A DNA stretch of 64,000 nt. Origin: Catajapyx aquilonaris. Lineage: Eukaryota. The position numbers and the translations under genes are program-made. Within the stretch, counting starts at the first letter, position 1; every line of letters begins with the position of its first letter. Under the pieces are notes generated by a model. It saw only the letters and a list, made by a program, of their open reading frames with translations. It ran no database searches and had not been told where the DNA came from. The stretch is from the NCBI GenBank assembly GCA_000934665.2, contig KZ538494.1:124001-188000 (forward strand), written 5' to 3'. Positions 55,421 through 64,000 of this stretch are shown here, piece by piece.

Positions 55421-57288
55421 GTGGATTTCTCATGTATGACGACGATACGTGTCTCATTTAATCAGATCATAATTATATCCCTAACGGCCTAACTGAATGG
55501 GTAGCCAGCGACGACGAGGAATATCAAGAATGACTAGCTGTATTGTGCGTAATCTCACATGACTGCAGACATATGGCTTGAAGCATTGATGGTCAGATTC
55601 TCGCCGAGTTGACGGGGAAAGGGATAATAAATATTACCATTTTTGACGAATTGACCATTTCTGCGTCATTTCTTGACCCTCACATTCTTCGAGTTTTTCG
55701 TCATACTTTCCACTAACAAGTAGCCTAAGTAGCCTACTATTATCGTTAATATTAAGTAAAAGGTATCACGAAGAACCGAACTTTGGTTCTATAATATTCA
55801 TAATATTTCCGTTTGCTGATTATTTGTCAATGACAAAATGTTTCAAGTGAAATGTTCTTTTAGTTATGATTTTTTTTGAAAAGAGCTGCTACTTTTTAAG
55901 AGTTACTTAAGAATAATTATACTTTTAGTATTTATTGGCAATGTTTGGTTGCATGGATCCATGCATTTTTACGCCAGCAAGAGGTTCGTCTGGTCTGCAA
56001 GAATTGGTTCGGTCGTATTGGTATTAGCTGATATGTTGGTTGATGTTTGATACTAATTTTTACGGATTACACTCAATATATTAGAGATTCATTGCAATTC
56101 AGTGCTTAAAGATGATACCATTTGGTCTAATACTTTTGATTGTCACTAAAAATATCCATCAAAAATAACTGAGATTCACCAGATATTATAAGAACTTTAA
56201 CAGATTGACAAATATCCCATATTCAGTGCCTGCTATAGGAACACGTGTATTACCAAGGTATTACTTACCAGTGAAGAGGCGTCAAATGGTACGATGTCAC
56301 ATGGCGTACGCGCGAAGTTGCTTCAACCGGTTCTGCAATAATAACAAATGCATATTAACTATTGGTTCTCTTTGTGCGTAAAGCTGAAACCTACAAATAA
56401 TGTGCCCCATTATAATTGCAAATAACGTGTCAAATGCACTTGAAAGAATAGTGTTGTAACAATACAACTTTCCTGCTCAAAATTGAAGCAATATAGCCTA
56501 CACCTTGTTATCATTTTTATTTTGCGTAATAAATTATTTGTGTGATAATGCGAAGAAGATATTTGATTCGTTATCTAATAGAGCTGCAGGTCAAAGTCCG
56601 AGCCAAAAAATTTAGAAAATCAAGTACACAAATGTCACATTGCAATTCTAAGAGAAGAATGATCCTAATTGAATTGAAAATTACAATTACAAATTATATT
56701 TAAAATGTACACTCACAAGGAAGCAGGTGCCGCGGAGCCGCAGATAAGTTGCCTCATTTTTAGTTATGCATTTGTTACATTCATACCATATGTTCTGCAG
56801 TGATTAGCAAGGCCCGGGTTGTGTGTGCTCATGGTGGCCCTGCGCTGACCTTGTCCGTAATCGTTATCAACTTACCTGTAAATAGCCATTAAACCGTTTT
56901 GTAAGGTTATCCCACCAATTTGGCACCGATAAGGTGACCCAACACGTTACCTAGAAGTAACCAGTGGGGATAACCTTGCAAAGCGGTATAAATGCTACTT
57001 ACATGGAGTTGACAACGATTACTGACAGCCAGAAACACTTCAAGCACACGCAACCCGTGGTCTGCCCCGAAATTCAGAAATACAGCTCCTTAAATACCCA
57101 TGGGTGCAGAACCACCCCCCAAAGAACAAGTACTGTACGCCTATGTACTGTATATAGCAAATGGGGCAACCGAAAATGGGGCAATCACATGTCTAAGAGT
57201 AATCCTTTCTGACTGGCTGACCACTATGTTCTTTTCAGCCTAACGCTGATATAGGCTTACGAGTAAAATAGCAAAATGCATAGTACTG

Positions 57289-57302
57289 TATATATATATA
57301 TA
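57289..57302. repeat. (TA)7 microsatellite
   Basis: Read directly. Confidence 0.85.
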
Positions 57303-60300
57303 TGTCTCTGTGAAGATAGAATCTGCTGTAATATTCTGCTTCTACAGGCATGGGTTCTGCCTGCTCTCGGTTAGATTGTACAGGCCAGCACAAAAATGGA
57401 GCGTGCGAATAAGCGTGCTGGAGGTCATTTTGCACGAGGATAAACTGCCCTGCCCACATATCACTCATTATTTGGAACGTGTTAACCAGTCCGACGGCTT
57501 CTGCAGAGCAGAGTAATATTTATGCACGGGGTTTCCTTGAGGCCCCACCGCTAACTCAACACGGTTTTATTCCAGGTACGGAACAGGTAGGCATGAATAT
57601 GCACCGGCGTGTACCAAACGTATACTGAAAATAATGGCTATATTCATAGTCGCATCCAGCCGCCTTTTTCTCAGCACAAATCATTAATATGTGGGTGGAG
57701 ATAAATATCCATGTTGGCCACCGGGTCGGAAAGGTGTGCGAAAAAATGAGGTCAATCTCCTTTTAAGGTGTAACAACTGAGCATAATGCTGTCAGACAAC
57801 TGAAGCCTATAGAAAACTAGAACTTGTAAAGGCAATTTCACGTTCACTGCTTAGATTAAATTCCGACCATTATTTCATGCTGTAAAACTTTAAATTATCG
57901 CCAAACTTGTTCCGAGGTTTCGCAAATTTTATCAACCTTTTAAAAATATCATTTCTAAACTCTGATAATATGTATGAAGTCATTAATCAATTGATTCCAC
58001 TTCCTGCCCTCCCGATTGAGCTGCGAATTTGCATGGAACGGCTTTGTAAATTGTGTTACCTTGCTGATTAGTATGGGCAGTAGGTGTGACACGAGTTTGG
58101 AAATTCAGAGCAAAAGCATGGGTTACCTCGCACACCAGCCAACAGATGGCGGAGAGGCCCAACATTGGGCCTTGTACAGTATAGTAAAGCCTTGCGTCAA
58201 TAACCCATCGGGTGTACCGTATCTTATCTGAAACAGCCTTTACGAGTCTCCTCGTCAAGGAAGGTAAAATAAAATAAATCAACGGGACTAAACAAATGTC
58301 TGCACTGGCTACAGGCGATAGGCATAGAAGGGATCCAGACTGACCTGATTTATTAAGTAATCAAAATTTCGGCACTAAACTGCTTTTATGAACCAGTTAC
58401 TCTCAAGAGTCAGTTATTTCCAGGGGCGTAACAACAATCACGTTCTGTAAAAGAGCATCTCCACCCCTGAACCATGCAACCAACATGAAGACCTGAGGTC
58501 AAGGCCCCTCCAAATTAATATTTGCAGTAAATTGCCTCCTTGTCAACCTAATCCGGTGACAAAATTCGTGTATTCCGCATGAGACAGACAATTCGAATCT
58601 GGTATTCAGGTTGTGGCTTTGGATTTGTTTCGAGGAGGTGAGTAAGTGGGAGGGCCGCCCAGGGGTGTTTCTGAGATCGTGTAGAGAGGAGTCGAGGAAT
58701 ACGCGTAGGGACCGTCGAGATGCGGGTTTCTGATGCTGCTGGGACTCAGGAGTGGCGGGCAACTACGTGTGGAATGAAGAGACGGCAGCAACGGCGGAGT
58801 AAAGGTCGTGGGATGCCAGCCTGCCCATATAAGTTAATTATAAGCCCACACCTGCCATATACCCCTGGGCGCCCTTTTAGCACAAGGGCAGGTTGTGCTC
58901 CGGGGGAAGTTCATGAATGTCCCTGCTCCGGTACCGAGGAATAGGCTGCCTTGGAAATCTGCCAGTGTAAGTACGGTACCTGCTGCAGTGGTTCAGACTT
59001 TTCCAGTCAGGTCAAATAGTTAAGCAGAGCTGTAGCGTGAAAGCACTTTTTGACACCCCTTGCAAAAGCCGGTTGGCGCATCAGCAGGCAATTAATATTA
59101 ACGCCTCGAATGTCTGGAAAGGCTTATGGTACAGGGGAAAGCAGTTGATTAAGAGGGAAGGGCAAGAAAGAAGACAGGATTCACCACATCCATCCCTTCC
59201 TGGGTCTGGGTGTAAGCCCCTTCCTTTCTTAGACCCGCCAGTTTCGGAATCGGCTCATGCTTTATCTGGCTAGAGCCAGAGGCACTTGCTTGTGCTCATC
59301 CACTTCATCAACGCCTCGTCCGCCTCATTTGTCTCCCAGCCAGGATTCCGGCTAATTCTCCCACCCACACCCCGCACCCCACCCACCCCCTTTACTTCTT
59401 AACCAGCTGTCCACCCATTTCGTGTCACCAGACCACCCACTCAACCAATGCCAGCCTGCATACTAATATTGTCTGCTTACAATCCAGCTTCCAACAACGG
59501 CACAACTGTTATCTCCAGGCTAGCTCTTATGCCTGGACTCGATTACGAGCCAGCTGTTCTCTCGTCATCCTCACGGTCTAATCGTCTTATAGGGAGTTAA
59601 GGAAGGTTCATTATTGCACACACGTATTCAGGGGGAAAGTGGTGGTTCATATAATATACAAGCGTGACGGTATGGGGAAAATGACAACTTTCGGCAAAGC
59701 TATGTGGTAATCTCGGATGCGACTTGTCTTGAATTTCGTTTTACTCCTGACAATAATGCAGTGTCATTTCCAGCCCCGCCAGTCCCTTGCGATTTTTTAA
59801 AGAAGTGAATCATAATAAATAACATCGCAATGTGGACTTTCAAAGTTCTTTTCAGAGTTTCACCTTGAAATTCGCATTGAAACCTAATTTAGAATCACGT
59901 TTCAAAATATTTTGCTGCCTTTCTTGCAAATACTTTTCTCGTTTCAGGTGACGGCTTATTCGGACTTTACTGAAAAGTAATTATCAAATAATAAAAAATC
60001 CCTTAAGCTCTATATTTGGTAGCAAAAACGAATGAGGTTGTCTCGTTTTACGAATAAGTTCATGGAAGACTTATCTATTGAAGATTAATGAATTTTTGTA
60101 CTGTACACGTAGTCGACGCAGAAGTGTCAAATCAGCCATCCATCATCGATGCATCAGGAAGAAGCCCCCACAACTATAGCTGCTCCTGTCAAATCACTTT
60201 CACATTGTCATGATAAAACGAATTACCTTACCCAAGAGGCTCATTGATATTTTCATTCTCTTATTAAGTCTAGTCTGCACTTTTCACCTGGAACAATACA

Positions 60301-63300
60301 ATGCATCCGATTATAAATAACGACCTGAAGATCGACCAAAGTCACATTTTGGTCAAAATTTCGTTACGCATAATATATTATGCTCATACCTTTCCATATC
60401 ATGATCAAATGAACTTTTGCTATATTTTAGACAAAAGTGTCCTACAACTGATAATAATGCAAAACTTTCATTCGATTGCGACTCTGCTCATCCTGCATTT
60501 CATGTCTGATTTCTGACTGCGCACTTTCTACAATCATATTATGAGCACGACTACCGGCGAGGATTCTACGAGCAAGTAAGAACTACGTGTTTCTGATCGC
60601 CCATTTCGACCCTTTCAGCTGTGGAGTGGAGTCTGACATGACGAACCGATTCACCATATCGGAATCTAGTTGCAATGCGGTCATTTAGTTTGAGCGGACA
60701 TGGCCAGATTCCCAAGTGCGTCATATCTTCCAGAAGAGGACATCCACTCGAGTGCCATTGTCTCCCCACAAGTGATTGAAACAGCAGCGGTGGCAAGTAG
60801 GATTGCCGAATGGTTCAGCACAGGACAGTATCGGGTGTAGGGAGTGGTCAGAAAAGGGTGTAGGAAGATGGGCTGGAAGAAGGGGAATGATGAATGGATG
60901 GGGGCTTGGGGGCAATTAAGCCTGGATCTAAGTGGGCGGGTGTTGACGGGCGATGAAGACGGATGAGCCTCCTGCAGATAGAATGGGGAGAATGCCGATA
61001 AACAGGAAGAACGAAGCAGCCGCATCTCCGCCCTTACATCGCGCTTTCTAATTTTCACACTTTTCTCCACCTTGCCTCTGCTGCCCTTTCCGACCATTTA
61101 CGAAACGCGCCTTTACATTACTCTGACACCCGTTCGCCTCAGGTCTGCTCGTTGGCACTTTATTGCCATCACGACGGTATTTCTAAACAGAATTTCCTGA
61201 ACGACATGCCTAGCAATTGAATGGGATCCTCGTGCATAGGAATGCATTGTTACTGCATATAGTCGAGAAATTGTTTAAATTTTTTTCTCCATATGATCTG
61301 AATATGTGACAGGCCCCTTTGGCCACTGCGAACCATTCCAGAAGAGCAGGGGATCCTTCACACTGCTTCTCCCCTTATTAAAGGTGGCACCCGCAGTCGT
61401 GCCCCTGACGGCAACTCGAGTGTGACGTGCATGTGCGGGGGCGTGTGACTGCCCTTCCTCCCCGTAAAAGCTGCCCAACACCCCCATGGAGCACGACGCG
61501 ACGCTGGTTGACCTCTCCGACTGCCTATCCGCCACATTCTGCACGCTCCACGCTTACACATACCACCTCTAGGCACTCTCTGCTGGAGCAATTGCCAACC
61601 TTCACGAGATTACGACACTCGCTTATGTATGTTCCCTACACTGCAAATCCCCCCAAAAAAGCGACATACTGTAATGTTATAACCCCTTCAAAGTTAGGCT
61701 GTAACAGTATGGCCCGTCTGAGGACAAGAAGTCAGAGTGTCAAATGGGTCACAAGAAATGGCAGGACTGGGCAAAGTTGGAGAACTTTTTCATTGTTAAG
61801 GGCTTCGGGCTTACTTATATGTTTGAATTGACTTTCAGAAGTTCTAGGTCATTCACAAAAAAGCGTAAAAACGGGACATAATTTTGTATGAGACATAAAA
61901 CTTAGTGCTGAAAAGCAAGACGGAATATTCTACAGCAATACATGAGCAAAGCCCGTGTAGAACTTCTACACATGGCGTTCAATAATGTTACTGGCCTTTT
62001 TTGTTACGAGGCTGCGGAGACTCAACGACTCCTTCATAAAATGATCTTCTGGCTCACGCAGTAGTTTACTTTTGAAGTTTGTAGGAATCATTATGAAACA
62101 TCATGTAGGCCTACGCCAAGAAATGTTTCAGACACATCCTAGCGCTGTGCATATTCAGCCACTTTATTACCTAGGGTTAAGGTTTGGCAAAAAAAAAAAA
62201 ACACAGTAATTCAGCTAATTCTGAGCCCTGCTAATGTCCTTACCCAATTTCGGTTCATGTGAGTGCAACTGTTACACGGGAACTGGAGACACCACAGCAT
62301 GAAAAGTTTTTTCTAAACAGAGAAGGTAATTTTGCCATTAACCAAAGTGGAAGTCTTTATACAAAGATCCGCATGTCAACTAATTAACAAACTATTCTTC
62401 CTGAGTCAACAATGAAGCGGGGTAGGATCTGCTCTATATTGAGCTGCATTCAGTGAAGTCAAACTTAAAATTCCTTCGATGTGTGATCAAAAAATGCAAC
62501 GACAGATTGTTATTCTGAATTTCATATTCTCGCAAGGAATATCACTGATTTGGTTCAATTACTGCAATTGACTCCCTCGTTCTACCAGTGTCTTTTGCAG
62601 CAGATTTGGCGGATGCTCTTTCACTAAAAGCTATAGTTCGTCAGTGGATTTTACGCAATTCAAACCCGACTTTTTGTTGAAAACCAATTTTTCATTGTGA
62701 TTGGATAGTGCGCTTCAAGACAAAAACAATGAATGGAATCTGTAATAGCTACGCCGTATAGATTATACATGCACTGAACATGCTATACAATATTATTATT
62801 TTCGATTATGAGTCCACTCTTCTCATTCCCGCTGGGATAATCTAGACTATACTGCATTTTTATAGATTTTACTAATATACGGTCCCTAATTATGTTTAGC
62901 TTTGTTTACGATTCAGTGCAACATGAACCAACACGCACAGCATACAAAGCCATAAATGCAATCGTCCAGAAATATCGTTATGGCACTAAAAAAACTCCTT
63001 CAATCCTGTCAACAAAAAGCTAAACAGCCATATATACTAGAAGAGCGGAAGTCGTTGAGCAAACCGTCGAGTTTGAAAGCCCCTCTCTGTCTTTACTCTT
63101 TTTGAATGGGCCCCACCGCGCTATGATACCGAACAAATAACGCACTCGGATATGACTTAGGCTGATGAAAGTGTTTGTGGGCAAGTGGTGGTCGTGAAAA
63201 AAAAAGCAATGCCCCAGCATTTTTCCCCATCTCCATTTTTCCCCCTCCCCAACCCAGAACCGGAGCCGAGTTTTTGGAAGGCAGTGGAGGTTATTGCCAA

Positions 63301-64000
63301 CATTCCGCTCATGACGCGGCCGCGGGCTTGGCATAACCCCAGAAAAATCCGGCGCCAATATTCCCACCCACCCACCCTTCCTATATATCCGACATTTTTT
63401 CGATTTTTCATTGATCCGAACTCCACACACACAAAAAAAAATCCTGAAGGAATAAAGTCCACCCTGGTGCCTTGATTGCACGGGTTTTCCTAAAGTGGCG
63501 ATCCCCTCCAGATGTAACCGACGTATATCTCTCCGCTAAAAACGTTTCCTATTATTACAGGTGCTCAGTACAACCGCAGCTTCCTAGCACATCGGAGTAC
63601 AAAAAAAGGGTCCCAAAAATTGTCCCGTGCGAGTTGAGATGGGCTGGAAAATTAGGTTAGTCGATCGATACGTGGCCCAGATAGGCTGAAAAACGTGGGA
63701 TAAACAGAGAAGTGGAAGCGGGTATATGGGATAGTTCCCCCCCCCCCCACCCTCCGCACCTGACTCTAACTCGAATAACACATCCATGTACGCCTCTCCA
63801 CTGCGGTTTTGTGAGCTCCTGGATTGAATTTGCACACAACATCGGTTGTGTTATCGTCAGCCCCGCAAATTCATTTCCCGCTATTCTGCCTTTGAAGGAC
63901 GGTTGTGGTCCTCTCGTTGACTCGCTTTCCCAGGGATTCGATCTGAAATAATTGGCCAAATCGGGTCGTCCATCTAATCTGTCACATTATTGTACATTGC

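Noticed and set aside
57618..57629. ACGTATACTGAA, matching the first 12 nt of miR-iab-4-5p as I recall it
   Set aside because: The match stops at 12 nt and there is no complementary arm, so it is not a pre-miRNA.
12683..58430. Isolated MITE-like termini (CTGGATACGGCTG 12684, CTGGCACCTCCACTG 23683, CTGGATCCGCC 54963, CAGGGGCGTA 58421)
   Set aside because: No matching partner end or target duplication found.

Overview
This 64-kb window is almost certainly eukaryotic, most likely insect/arthropod, non-coding DNA (a large intron or intergenic regulatory desert) from a draft scaffold with a 184-N gap. No protein-coding gene, rRNA, intact tRNA or CRISPR array can be supported, and the ORF track is consistent with chance ORFs. 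The best-supported features form a cluster at about 50.6-55.4 kb. It holds an internally deleted Tc1/mariner relic with recognisable transposase motifs, a tRNA-derived SINE, and a piggyBac-type TTAA MITE with asymmetric bipartite ends. It also holds a ~2.3-kb CpG-depleted block next to a CpG-rich, E2F/DRE-like candidate promoter. The block and promoter together suggest an unannotated, spliced, probably non-coding minus-strand transcript (inference). The rest of the window alternates AT-rich spacers with GC-rich islands that carry homeodomain-, Mad- and CTCF-like motifs and G-quadruplex-prone runs. All motif calls were made by eye and are hypotheses. I found no convincing novel multi-gene system.
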